A stretch of DNA of 64,000 bases from Callorhinchus milii (lineage: Eukaryota). Shown in pieces: positions 11,801 through 24,285 of the stretch. A program made the position numbers and the translations under genes. Under the pieces are notes generated by a model. The model saw only the letters and a program-made list of their open reading frames with translations. It was not told the origin of the DNA and searched no databases. The stretch covers positions 134,914,001 to 134,978,000 of the forward strand of contig NW_024704742.1 in assembly GCF_018977255.1 (NCBI RefSeq), given 5' to 3'. Position 1 is the first letter of the stretch. Every line of letters starts with the position of its first letter.

Positions 11801-12469
11801 GTAATTGTCAGAAATTATCCAAAGTTTTTTAATTGCCCTGTGATTTTCCTTCTTCTTTGTGGATGAAGATCTGTTTTCTGACTTCCCATTAATGTCAATC
11901 CTAGATTACTGCTTTGCTTTGTAAAGTACCCTGGATTACAACCATTTGTAATTTCACTTCGTGTAACACTGACAACAAAGAACAGAAAGACAGTGATAAA
12001 AATCCACAGACAGAAATACGTAGCTCTCACATTTACATTTCGCACTGGTCAGGGAAGTCATCTTTTACATTGTCTAAAATGTACACATTCCTGTTAATAT
12101 TCCTTTTGAGTTACTTGGTCCATTTCCAGCGCTTTGAAGAGAAGCTATAGCTGAAGTAAAGGAAGCCATCCGATTCAAGTACTCAGTACGCCAGAATGTA
12201 CGGATATGAAATGTGTCTTGTCCAAAACACCAAGGTGTCTTTTACACCCCTTTTGGTACAGAGACATGGGAAATCAATGAACCACAATAGGCCATTCAGC
12301 CATTGAGTGGGTCTGTTCAGAATTCACCACACTGCGCTCATCATGCACTTCACCAGCGCACACTACTCCCTGGAACCCAAAGCCATTTAAACAAATTTCC
12401 CATGATATTGTTCCATACCAACTGTGATGATCCTCAGAACTCAGACGCATCAGGTAACTACTTTATTCT

Positions 12470-12640
12470 TAACTATCGGAACCAGAGGACACAGCCTGCG
12501 ATTGAAGGGGTTAAATTCAGAACAAATCTGCGGAAACACGACTTCAGTGAGTGAGTAGTAAACATATGGAACAGGCTCCTTGGGGAGACGGTGTAAACAC
12601 AAAGTGTTCATTCTTTCAAAAACAAATTAGACAGGAAATA
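12470..12640 (+). mobile_element. Old CR1 LINE 3' fragment
   Basis: Translates roughly KFRTNLRKHDFSE*VVNIWNRL, the CR1 ORF2 C-terminal motif (R..FFS.RVV..WN.L). Confidence 0.65.
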
Positions 12641-12736
12641 ATTATGTTTGGAAATAATCCTCTCAGTCTATACCTATGGCTACATTGTCCAGCTACATCC
12701 TGGAGCAGATAAACATTCAGTTCTCTCTGAAGGTTT

Positions 12737-13098
12737 ATAATAAAAATCTTTGCATTTGATATAGCGCCTTATCACATTTTTGAGACTTCTCAAAGCGCTT
12801 CACAGATTATACTGTAAAATGGCTTGACTGTATTTTGTGGGCGGAACGCAGCAGTCAATTGCGCACAGCAGTGTCCCACAAACAGTTGAGGATTGAATGC
12901 CCAATTTTTTTGGGAGGGATTATTACCCCCGGAAAGTAATCCGCCAATCAACTAACAACTGGGTTCCTACTTACTGCTGGGTAAACAGAGTGTGTGTAGT
13001 AAGGAAACTTATCTAAGGTTTTACCCCACGTGGGCATCGAACCCAGGTCCTCTCACTTGTGAGGCGAGTGCTCTAACCACTATGCTACAGGACTCCAC
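12737..13098 (-). mobile_element. Full-length tRNA-Ala-like SINE
   Basis: Complete head, core and tail matching 6373-6748 in reverse orientation. Confidence 0.9.
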
Positions 13099-13871
13099 GT
13101 TTAGCAAACTTACTACATTAATAAGAGGCAGGGATATATTTCCTTTTCAAAGGTTTTTAACATTATTTTAGCTGGCGGAGAAAGCGTCACCAGGAACCAT
13201 TTGTTTGGCTGTAGCTGCACACGAGCAGAGTCCTGGGCACGAATCTGAAGGAGCATTTAATCAGGAAGTCCCAACATTCTGATGATGCTTTAATGCACTC
13301 GAATATTTGACTAATTCACAGAACATGCCATTAACAAAATAATCGTCTGGCACAGCTCTGCTTTCAGAGTTAACTCAATTTCGCTGCTGATAATTCACTG
13401 AGCAGGAAGCGACTGTGCAAGTAATGAAGAAGCCTTCAATGGCCTGGTTATTCTTATCCCCTCCATCAGGTTTAGCAGAACTATAATTACGCCCCAACAA
13501 CTGGTATGTGTCTAGAGGCTCTCATGTTGGATAAATGACTTGAAGTACTTTACTGAAGAGTCAGTGGATCACTGAGGAAGGCAGGAATGGGGGGAAGGAG
13601 GGGTATGAAGATATGGATCAAAACCATGGTCAGATAGGTGGGTTTTCAGGAGTACTTGGAACATGGGATCTTAGATTTACATGGATTGGACACTGCATGG
13701 ACAGAGGCCAATCAGTCTAACTAGTCTGTGCGAATATTTATACTCCATGTGAGTTTCCATCCACTCCTCCCTTCCTCACTTGGGTGATCTGATTGAGGAG
13801 TTGAAAATGATAAAGGGATTCTACAGGGTAGCTACAGAGAAACTATTTCCTCTGGTGGGGAAATTCAGTCG

Positions 13872-15110
13872 CAGGATTACCCCACTATTTCAGCTTGCTA
13901 TTGATCTTTTGATACATTCCAACATCTGGTTTGCTTTACTCACTTCCACAGCATTGTTTGGAGAGCTTCAATTTAGTATCAATCAGGACGCCCAAGTCCT
14001 TTTATGTTTCATACATATTATTTTTCTACTGTTTAAATAAGTCCTTTCCAGGGTTATTTGTCCCCATGTGAAGTACTTTACATTTCTCCACATTGAATCT
14101 GCCACCGATCTGCCCAATTCCCAAGTATTTTGAATGTGGATAAGTGTGAGGTGATACACTTCGGTAGGAAAAATGATAGGAGATAATATAGACTTGGTAG
14201 CTCAATCTTAAGGGGGTGAACGTATTTCAAGTAGTTCAAGTAGGCGAATCATTAAAGGTAGCGGAGCAGGTAGATAAGGCAGTAAAAAAGGCATTTGGTG
14301 TACTGAGCTTTATTAGTATAGTTTATTATTACTGAGCTTTATTAGTAGAGTATACTTTATTAGTAGGGCATAGGGTATAAGAGTACGGAGGTGATGGTTA
14401 ATCTATACAAAACACTGGTTAGGCCTCAGCTGGAGTACTGTGTCCAGTTCTGGGCAACTTACTTCAGGAAGGACATTAAGGCACTGGAAAGGGTGCAGAG
14501 GAGATTCACGAGAATGATACCAGGAATGGGGAACCTTAGCTATGAGGTCAGGCTGGAGAAGTTAGGACTTTTCCCATTAGAGCAGATAAGGTTATGCGGG
14601 GACCTGATAGAGGTCTTCAAGATCATGAAAGGTTTCGACAGGCTCGATAAGGAAAAGCTGTTTCTGCTGGTAGGTGTGTCTGTGACCCATGGTCACTGTC
14701 TTAAGATATCTACCAAAAGAAGCAGAGGGGAGGTTAAAAGAAATTTTTTCACTCAGCGCGTTGTTCAAATTTGGAATGATCTGCCTGAAAGGGTAGTGAA
14801 GTCCGATTCGATAACAGCTTTTAAGAGAGAACTGGATAGGTATCTGGGGAAGACGGGTTTGCAGGATTATGGGGAGAAAGCTGGTGATTGGGGTAGTGAA
14901 AGTGACTTGCTCTGTCAAAGAGCCGGCACAGACTCGATGGGCCGAATGGCCTCCTTCTGTGCCGTAACATTCTATGAAAAAAAATCGATGAAAATTTTCA
15001 AATCCTCCTGTAACCTATCTTGTTCAGCTTCACAATCTACCACCTTCATTAGCTTGGTGTCAACTGCAAACTTAGCCACTATGCTTGCACTCCTAATTCC
15101 AGATCATTTA
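13872..15110 (-). mobile_element. Older CR1 RT fragment split by the 14132-14993 insertion
   Basis: Joined minus-strand flanks translate KFAVDTKLMKVVDCEAEQDRLQEDLKILGNWADRWQ (KFADDTKL motif). Confidence 0.8.
14132..14993 (+). mobile_element. 5'-truncated CR1 LINE (ORF2 C-terminus plus 3' UTR)
   Basis: [20 protein letters not shown]...LERVQRRFTRMIPG...RNFFTQRVVQIWNDLP; 3' end GATGGGCCGAATGGCCTCCTTCTGTG...TTCTATGA. Confidence 0.93.
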
Positions 15111-17549
15111 TAATATGGGGCATAAGCGGGCGAGTGAACGACAGTTGACGTACACATCAGCCATGATCTAATAGAATGGCGGACCAGGCTGGAGGGGCTG
15201 AATGGCCTATGTTCCATACCTTTCTTCCTCATGTGTATACTTAACTTCCAATTAAATGCATCTATATTATCTGTTCAACCTGAATTGTAGAAATTTACAA
15301 CAAGCTATCATTCGGCCCATTGAGTCATCGAGAAGCTCAATTAAGATCAACTAAAGAGCTGGGACTATTGATGGTGAGAGAAGATTCAGGAGAGATCTTA
15401 TAATCCTGACCAACAGTTCCCCAGATAATTGGTCCTTCACTAATTCATGACTGCTTGTGGGACTGTGATATGGAAATTGTTTTTGTGTGTGTTTACAAAT
15501 ACAATCACTACACTTAACAGAAACTTTGCGAAGCACTTTTGGCATCAAGGTACATCAAAGATTATTAATATAACTTAAATGTGGGACGCTGCTGTGCACA
15601 GTTGGCTTCCGGGTCTCGCCCACAAAACATACAGTCAATTCACATTACAGTATATTCTGTGAAGCATTTGAGATGTCTCGACGATGTTATAAGGTGCTAC
15701 TTCAAACGAAAAGATTATTATTACTATTATCATTCAAAAACAACACGATTCCCAAATGTCAAACAGGATAAGTGGAAGAATTCTTTATCAGCAGCTGTGC
15801 AGCAGTCAAAACAGTTACAAAATAGTGGTTGCAGGGTTAATAGTAACTTGCAGTGACAAACGGTGCCCATTTACAGATATTGCAGTTACAATTGAAAGGC
15901 CATGGAATTAAATGGCAATAAATGTCCACACAGATTTCTTTATAAAATTACAGCCGGCTATTGAAATAATTTACCAATTTATAATGAAATCTGGACGCGC
16001 AACAAAACAATCTTTTATTTACATTTCAACAACCTTTAAAATCGCATCATGTTGCAACAGGAAGAGGCTCCTTTTCAAATTTGACTGTTAGTATTTAAGA
16101 GTTTTAAAGTAATAAAGTAATAAAATCATGGTTAGGCAAGTGTTCATTGAACAACTGTTAAGCATTATTAGGAATTACTTTTTTTAAACAAAACCTTTTT
16201 GATTTTAGTTGCCAATTGAGTGTGGAATTCTTTATAATGTCATCTGTATTTGCTTATACAGTATTTAATTTCTGGCTTTGAATATTTATTCTCTTTCTTG
16301 CAGGCACATTCCCTGTGCCCGCCCTACTTTTAATGCTTATACAGTATTTAATTTCTGGCTTTTAATACTTAAAAGTCATTACTCAATTCCATTACTCAAT
16401 CGACGACTGTTTGTGGGACACTGCTGTGCGCAATCGGATGCTGTGTTTCGCCCACAAAATACACAGTCAATTAATTTTACCATGTATCCCGTAAAGTGCT
16501 TTGAGACACCTCATATACGCAATAAGGCGCTATATTAAATGCAAAGATTATTATTGTTAAGTTCTCCGAGACACTTCCCCACGTGAAGGGCACTATATAA
16601 ATGCAAGTTGTTGCTGTTAAGTCTGGCGTCTGGCAAACAGAATTACATGCTAAAAATAAGTGCCTGAAAGCATGATTACATTACAGGTTGTGTTGGATCT
16701 TTGTAGAACTCTCTCTAAATGCTGTGGTGCTCGTCTGTTATTTTCTTTACATAACCAGAGGCTCCTTCGCCTCTTAAAAAATCCTTTTTAACAGAGCTAT
16801 TGTTTGAAGTGCAAGTCTCAGGCATCTCCAATGGGGAGAGGAGGTGAAATGATAAATAAACCTGATCTTCCTTTGGCACATGATTAAACTCTTCTTGCAC
16901 AGAATCTATAAAGTGGTTGACGTGATGCGATTGATGAACCTGCATAGGCTGCCAATATCACAGAGACAGGTAGAGAGGCGCTGGGATAGTCAGTCACAGA
17001 TACAGTTGCGTGTTTTTTAAGTCACATTTCCGCCATTTCATGCAGGCATTTAATAATAATATTATTATGCAGGCATTTCTTAAAATAATCCACAAATCAT
17101 TGCCAACTTCCATTTTTATAGCACCGTTCACACAAAATACACATCTTAAATCCCTTTACAAAATAAAGGTTTGACTGTATATTTTGTGGGTGTTTTGCTT
17201 CATTTAGCCAATTCACTTTACAGAATATTTTGTGAAGGGCTTTGAGAAGTCTCAACGACGTGATGAGATGCTTTATTAAATGCAAGGATTATTATTTATT
17301 ATTATTATGAGGTCAATTAGAAAGGAAATGAATGTTTTAACAGGCAGGTAATCTGCAGCCAGCAACATCCCATAAAACAATAAAGGAATGATTAGCCAAT
17401 TAATTTGAATTTGGGGGTAAATTTGGACAAGGTGGGAATATAAATCAGGATAGACCGGGAGGAAGACTCTTTGAAACAGCAATGGTAGGGCGGTCTCTTT
17501 AAATCCAAATGAATGACAAGAAAATACAACCTAAAATTAATAATATGCC

Positions 17550-17790
17550 AACAAGAACTTGCATTTACACAGGTAGCATCTCGGAGCACTTAACAGTGGT
17601 GTGGTTTGACACTGAGCCTCAAAGGGAGGGGAGGTAAGTGAAGGCACGGTCAAAGAGAAAAGTGTTCAGGTGTGATTTAAAGATGGGAACAGGGGGGCAA
17701 AATGAAGGGATGAGCCAGAGAATTCCAGAGATTCGGGACATAGTGGCTGAAAGCATGGTCGCCTATTGTGGAGCGGAGAGGATGAGGGAC
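17550..17790 (-). mobile_element. Degraded L2 3' fragment
   Basis: AAGGCACGGTCAAAGAGAAAAGT and ATTCCAGAG motifs shared with the young L2 copies. Confidence 0.65.
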
Positions 17791-19509
17791 GTGCCTCATC
17801 GCATCGTTGAGACGTCTCAAAGCTTATTGCTAGGTAAACAGAGATGAGTGGAGTAAGGAAACTTGCCTAAGATTTCGCCCTGTCCGGGAATTTGAGAAAT
17901 CACATTGTGTTCTAACTATGTCACACTAAAATATACTGTAATAAGTGCCAGTCACGTTGCTTTCAGCTCAGAGGGTAAAAAACAGAACAGGGCCAAACTG
18001 GCCAGAGAAATAAATAAGAGTAAATTGCAAACAACACAATTAGTAAAATGGCTAATTCATATGGGAAGCTATTTAAGTCATGTCAAACTAGATTATACGC
18101 AGTAGTTTGAGAAGCCACATCAGTGATAAATACATTTGGATTGTATTTCCCTTGGCAAGTACCCTATTTTGCCGTTGTTTTCCCAACTCAACAAATACTT
18201 CAATACATGTTCCCGATCCAGGCTTTCCAGCAGATATTATGGCAGTCGCTTTCCAATTCACTGCAAGCCATCAATTATCTTTATCACATAACGCTATCTC
18301 ATCTCAGTCCATTATCAAGATGGAGTCTTATTTTAGCCAGTTGGCAAGTGTCTGCAGCCCTATCTGTTTATCAAAGCTGGTTACAGTGCCATATAGTGAC
18401 TGAAAGGCTGTGAAATGATCAATAACAATCATCAAATTGTGGTCAACACATTGTGGGCTGGAAGTTTGTGGAAACCTTGACAGTTCGGCTATGGACAGGA
18501 TTTAACCTGTGCATCACCTTCTCAATCTGCAGTAGTCAGTGCACCTAAACATGTTTCTCAGGGCTGTTGAAACGGGTTTGCTCACCGACACAATGATGAA
18601 TCGCAACACAGAGAGAGGTCATGGAGCGAACAGGACCCACATTTTGCTTGTCCGCAAAACTGAAGCTGGAAGCCAATATTCCAAATAATAATAATTAATA
18701 ATTTTGTTTGATATAGCACCTAGGAAGTCAAACTGCCTCAAAGCTTCACAGGGGATTTTTGCTGTCAAGTGTAGTGACTGTGAAGTTGTAGGCAAAGCTG
18801 CAAGTAAACTGATAGCTTTTAATTTAAAATGGAAAACCCTCTGGCTTCACTGGTTTCATTTCTCTCCCCTCCAATTTTCTCACCTCTTAGAATCATGCAA
18901 CTATTGGGATCAGAACACTCGAAACCCGATTGCCCAATCAAACCTATGATCATTTACAGGAGCTCCTAAAGGATATAGATCAACCAAATTCTAATACAAT
19001 GTTTAACAGTCACAAACTCTACCACAAGGATCACAAACTCTACAGCAATTATCATCATTCTTCCACGTCGCAGTTGTTGCAATGTAGAAAAAACACATGG
19101 GCATAACAGGACTTGGTGAACCCCCCTGTACATCCTCTTGGCTTTTGTGTAGTCAGAGAGCCAGACCAAGCTCAGTGAAACAACAACAGCAACAATAACG
19201 GCTTTCACGCCAGGCGCATCCTGGAGCACTTAACAGTGGCGGATTTTGTACACCCACATACACACCCACCCACACACACAGATACATGAGCCAAAGACCA
19301 ATTTGTATTGTTTCTACCTCAGCCAATTTAATCTCTAGTGTGACAACGTATTCCAAATTGAAACTCCATTATACAAAGCATGACCTTTACGATAAATTGT
19401 TTGTGGGTGAAAGAGGACTGAACACATTCAGCCCCACAGCCACTGAAAGCCAGTAATTCCTGAACATCGTGATTATACAGTCAAATGTTACACTTTAAGA
19501 TGGTATTCT

Positions 19510-19872
19510 ATAATAATAACAATCCTTGCATTGATAAAGCGTCTTATCACGTTGTCGAGATGTTCCAAAGTGTTTCACAGAATATATTGTAAAGTGAATT
19601 CACTATATATTCACTGTGGGCAAAACGCGGCAGCCAATTGCACACAGCAGCGTCCCACAAACAATCATCGATTGAGTGACTTAATTAACATTTTTTGGAG
19701 GGTTATTACCCCTGGAAAGCGATCTGCCAATCGACTAACAACCGGGTTCCTACTTACTGCTAGGTAAACAGAGGTGTGTGGAATAAGGAAACTTGCCCAA
19801 GGTTTCGCCCCGACTGGGAACCAGGATCCTCTCACTTGCGAGGAAGTGCTCTAACCAATATGCTATGGGACT
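19510..19872 (-). mobile_element. tRNA-Ala-like SINE
   Basis: Tail, core and head in reverse orientation. Confidence 0.88.
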
Positions 19873-20814
19873 ACGCAATTAAGATTTGAAACACAAGGCA
19901 ACAGTTTGGAATGAATACCCTCAGTGTCATTATTTTGTATAATGAACTGCTGTTCGTCATTCAATAATCCACCAGAGGTCAATTTACAATGAACCTGCAA
20001 AGCTTACGTCATCAAGCGCTATTCTATGGATCACCCCAACGGCCACAAAAAGACAAAGCATTTAATGCAATGAAAGCCAACCTCACAAAATCATTGTGTA
20101 AGTTATATAGAAAATGGGATGTGTACAGGGGGAGTGATTTCAAGGCTGCAATGCCATCTCAAGCATCCAGAACACTTATAAACCACTGCAGCTTTGATCT
20201 GCCCTGCTTTATTTGACATTACCTGAACCCCCTCGACGAAAGAACTGCATTGTAATCACTCCTGGCTATTGATTCTTCCATATTCATTTCAGTGGCTGTT
20301 TCAACCACAAGTTGTGTGGAATGAAAGTGTTCATAGGGCACGGAAAACAACTAACATTCCTGTGAATTTTAGACAAGGGAAGTCATAACCTTGGTACTGC
20401 CACTAACCTATAATAATAATCCTCATTTCCTTACATTTGATACAGCACCCAAGAGGTCGAAACGTCCCAAAGCGCTTCACAGGGAATTACTGTCAAATAC
20501 AGTGACTGCATTTGCCTGCAAAAGGATTTCACCATGCGAATCGAAAAAGAGAAGGGAGTTTCTCCCAGTGCCCTTCGCAATACCTTGCTCTGGTTGAATT
20601 TCCGTTTGCCTACAAATGCATAGTCACTACACTTGACAGCAATCATCCGTCAGATGGCTTGATATTATAGGTAGTATATCAAATGCAAGTATCTGTGTTT
20701 AACATTGCAGATAATTCTGCCTGGCTGATTGCTAGCCATGGGTTTCATTGCTTCCCAGAAACTTTGACACAATAGTTTGGGCCTGAACCCAACCTAGTTA
20801 TTGTCAGTCTAGAT

Positions 20815-21130
20815 CAACCTTTGAGTTGAAAGTTGTGGGTTCAAGCCCCATGATGGGACCCGAAACTCACACTCCAGGGCAGTGCTCGGGGATGGAGGGG
20901 AGAAAGCACTGTATTGTCATAGGTGCTGTCCTTTGGATGTGATAATAAACTGAGATTGCGTCTCTCTGCTCAAGTGGACGTTAAAGATCCCATGGTGCTT
21001 CTCGAAAAGGGAAGTGTGTTTCTCCTGCCCAGTGTCCTGGCCAACATTCCCCCAAATAAAATAGATCACTGATAAAACATGGCTGTTCGTGGGGATATTG
21101 TTGTGTGTAAATAGGCTGCCATGTTTACTA
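20815..21130 (+). mobile_element. Deu-domain SINE
   Basis: GGTGCTGTCCTTTGGATG...GTGGACGTTAAAGATCCCATGG...GTGTCCTGGCCAACATTCC. Confidence 0.75.
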
Positions 21131-21133
21131 CAG

Positions 21134-21431
21134 GACCCAGGTTTGATTTCCGAGTGAAGTGAAACCTCAGGCAAGTTTCCTTACTCCCCTCGCCTCTGTT
21201 TACCCAGCAGTAAGAAGGAACCCATTTGATAGTCAATTGACAGATTGCTTTCCAGGGGTAATAATCCCTTAAAAATAATAATAATTCGGTTACTCAAGGC
21301 ACGACTGCTGTGTGCAATTTGCTACCACGTTTCTCCCGCAAAATACAAAGTCAATTCACTTCACAGGATATCCCGTGAAGCGCTTTGAGACGTCTCAACA
21401 ACTATGTCAAATGCAAGGATTATTATCATAA
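21134..21431 (+). mobile_element. tRNA-Ala-like SINE, 5'-truncated
   Basis: GGCAAGTTTCCTTACTCC core through the AAATGCAAGGATTATT tail. Confidence 0.82.
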
Positions 21432-23844
21432 TTACAACCACTGATAATCCACATCACAAGGCGCACTTGACACTCCATCGGTAAACGTCAGCGAACAAAT
21501 TTCCCTGAAGAAAAGAACTGAAGGTTTGCTTTGGCCGAGCCACAACCTCTACCCCTTCGCACAATTCTATTGCAACTCACAGAATCCGTTTCCTCCCTCT
21601 CCCTCCCCCCCCCCCACCTCCCGCCAAAAAAAAATAATTGGCAATTAGTGTTTTCTGGAAATTTTCAGGCTGTGCCAGGGAGAAATCAGGTGGCAGCTGA
21701 GTCAGGATGCTGAGAGATACCATGTTTTATTACGGTGGCCATGGCAACGGTGTGGAAAAACCTAGAGCCACAGGCAGTCGCTGCAACCAGGTCAATAATG
21801 CACACAGAGACATTGTGTAGATAATCAACAACAGGGCCCTCGGTTCTCTTCAATGTACAAACAGCTGAAGGGCAAATCAATACGGCAATGGGAACAAGTC
21901 TGGCCCAGTTCCACTTTCCACAGCCCCGGCGTCAATCGAATAGAGAGATTCCACAAAAAAAAGCAAACCCTTAATTTTGCTCTGCAGGCGTTGGAAGCAA
22001 CACAGTCGTTTTAAAATCACTTGCACTTATTTTTTTACACACACACACACACACAAATGAGTTTCTGGAATTATCCATGTTTATTGCTTATCAGAGGCAT
22101 GGGATATTGCCCGCGGCGTTAACGTCAAGGACGTTGTGTTAAGTTTTTTGGGGGTGGAGCAGGATATGGAATGTTCTTCAATCGATTTGAAGCTGGTTTT
22201 CCGTAAGAAACAGGCGTCCGAATTCAGACTGAACTCAAGAGTCTCAAAAATTCAGCTCGATCTTAAATTTTTGTACAATTTACTTTAAACTGTTGTTGTT
22301 GATGATGTTAAATCGCACCTTTAATGTTGGGAGGGTGTCTCAAAGCCATTGGTCTTAAGGCTAAGACTAAGAGAAAATCTTGTTAAGCACCAGACTATAT
22401 TCTCCTTTATTAATAATAATGATAATCCTTACATTTGATATAGCACCTTTTCATTTCAGGAGGACATCCCAAAGTGCTTCACATGAATTGTTGTGTGTTT
22501 TCTGGGCAAACACCCACTTTGAAAAGGTTATTTGCCTCCAGATCAACATTTTTTTTTGCGTGCCTGAAAAATGTTGAATCAAAATTACAGTATATCCTGT
22601 GAAGCTTATCAAGTCATTTGAGATGTCTCAAATGACGATAAAGCGATATATCAAATGCAAGGATTATTATAATTAAACCTTGCATATTATCCTTGCATAA
22701 TAATAAAAAGTCTCTCTTTAAAATATGCCCATTTTATTTTATATTTATATTTATTTTATATTCTTTTATTTCAATATTTCTTCCAATTTTATAATCTTCA
22801 TCCATTCCACGATGCCCATGCAGTTAGATTGTCTGCAATTTAGTTTCCTTTGAGTTGCCACTCTCATTTTCACTGTTGACCGTGTTAAAACAGTTTGAGG
22901 CAGCAGCAAACAAACAAAGCAAGCAGGATGCCACATCAGTTAAGTTCAGCTTCCCAGAAGTCATACTTAGTGCTCTTGTCAGGCTGCAGGTGGTGATAAT
23001 AATAATAATAATAATAATAACTAATAATAATTGCATTTGATACAACAGTTTGGGAAATAATATCTCGGCCGTTGAAACGTCTCAGAGTACTTCTCGGGAC
23101 ATATTGTAAAGTAGAGTGACTGTATTTTGTGGGCGAAAAGTAGCAAACAAATTCCAAGGACCTAGAGGACATTCAGAGGAGAGCAACAAGGTTGATCCTC
23201 AGTGTTAGAGGAATGAGCTAGGAACTTTTTAAACTTTGTGTCGGGGTGTGGGTGATGCATGCATTTGCTAACATCTATTCAGATATCACTGTACACTTTT
23301 AAGATGCAAGTCTCAGAGAACAAGGCAACTACATTAAATCATTAACTAGCTTCCCCCTCCTCTTCCCCACCCCTCCACCCCACTACTGAAAAAAAACCTT
23401 GTGGATTTCTTTCTCCTTGGAAGATGTCTTCACAAGATTAAGAATTTATGCTCAGAAATGCTCTGTGACAGACAACCTTCATTCTTAATGTCGGATGACA
23501 TTACTGCGCAGAATGAGGACACAAGCACGTTTCAATGTCGTTTATGACGGGCAACAGAGATATCGGCGGAGCATGGAATGCCGTAACTATTTGCAGTTAA
23601 AATTAAAACAGATCATCGTAATCAGTGATCTCTTAACAGTTTAGGTCATGCTGTGCAGTGTGCTGCGTTGCTGAGCATTCTTAAAAGGGGAACTGAAGTC
23701 CTCTAGCGACCGTGTTCTCTTCAATTGGGTTACTCAATATTTGGGAAGGTTTTTCCAGTGTTGTTAGAATGGAGATTGCCTTAGAACAAACTGAAGATGA
23801 GCCCAGAAGAGCATCTCACAATGATAAGCACTTGAAGAAAAATA

Positions 23845-24285
23845 GTAATAATAATAATCATTGTATTTGATATAGGGCCTTCTCACATCTTTGAGGCGTC
23901 TCAAAGTGCTTCACAGAATATACCGCAAAGTGATTTGACTGTATATTTTGTGGGTGAAAAGTGTCAACCAATTGCGCACGGCAGTGTCCCACAAACAGTT
24001 ATGGATTGAATGCTCAAACTTGAAAAAAAAGTTGAGGGATTATTAATAATAATAATTGACTGACCAATTTATTCTTAGTACTTTTTTTTACCACCGGAAA
24101 AGCCATCTGCCAATCGACTAACAACCAGGTTCCTACCTACTGCTAGGTAAACAACAACTATAGCACCCTCCACGCTGGGCAGCATATCAGAGAGCCTAAA
24201 CAGAGGCGTGTGGAGTAAGGAAACTTGCCTAAGGTTTCGCCTTGCCTGGGAATCAAACGGTAACCACTAAGCTACAGGACTTCAC
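23845..24285 (-). mobile_element. tRNA-Ala-like SINE carrying a 43-bp nested insertion
   Basis: SINE consensus interrupted at 24154-24196, flanked by a TAAACA duplication. Confidence 0.85.

Noticed and set aside
13430..13500. Candidate next WDR7 exon (contains a PDG codon run on the minus strand)
   Set aside because: The surrounding translation does not match [24 protein letters not shown].
14391..15113. 240-aa ORF as a host gene
   Set aside because: CR1 ORF2 C-terminus reading through its 3' UTR into an antisense CR1 fragment.
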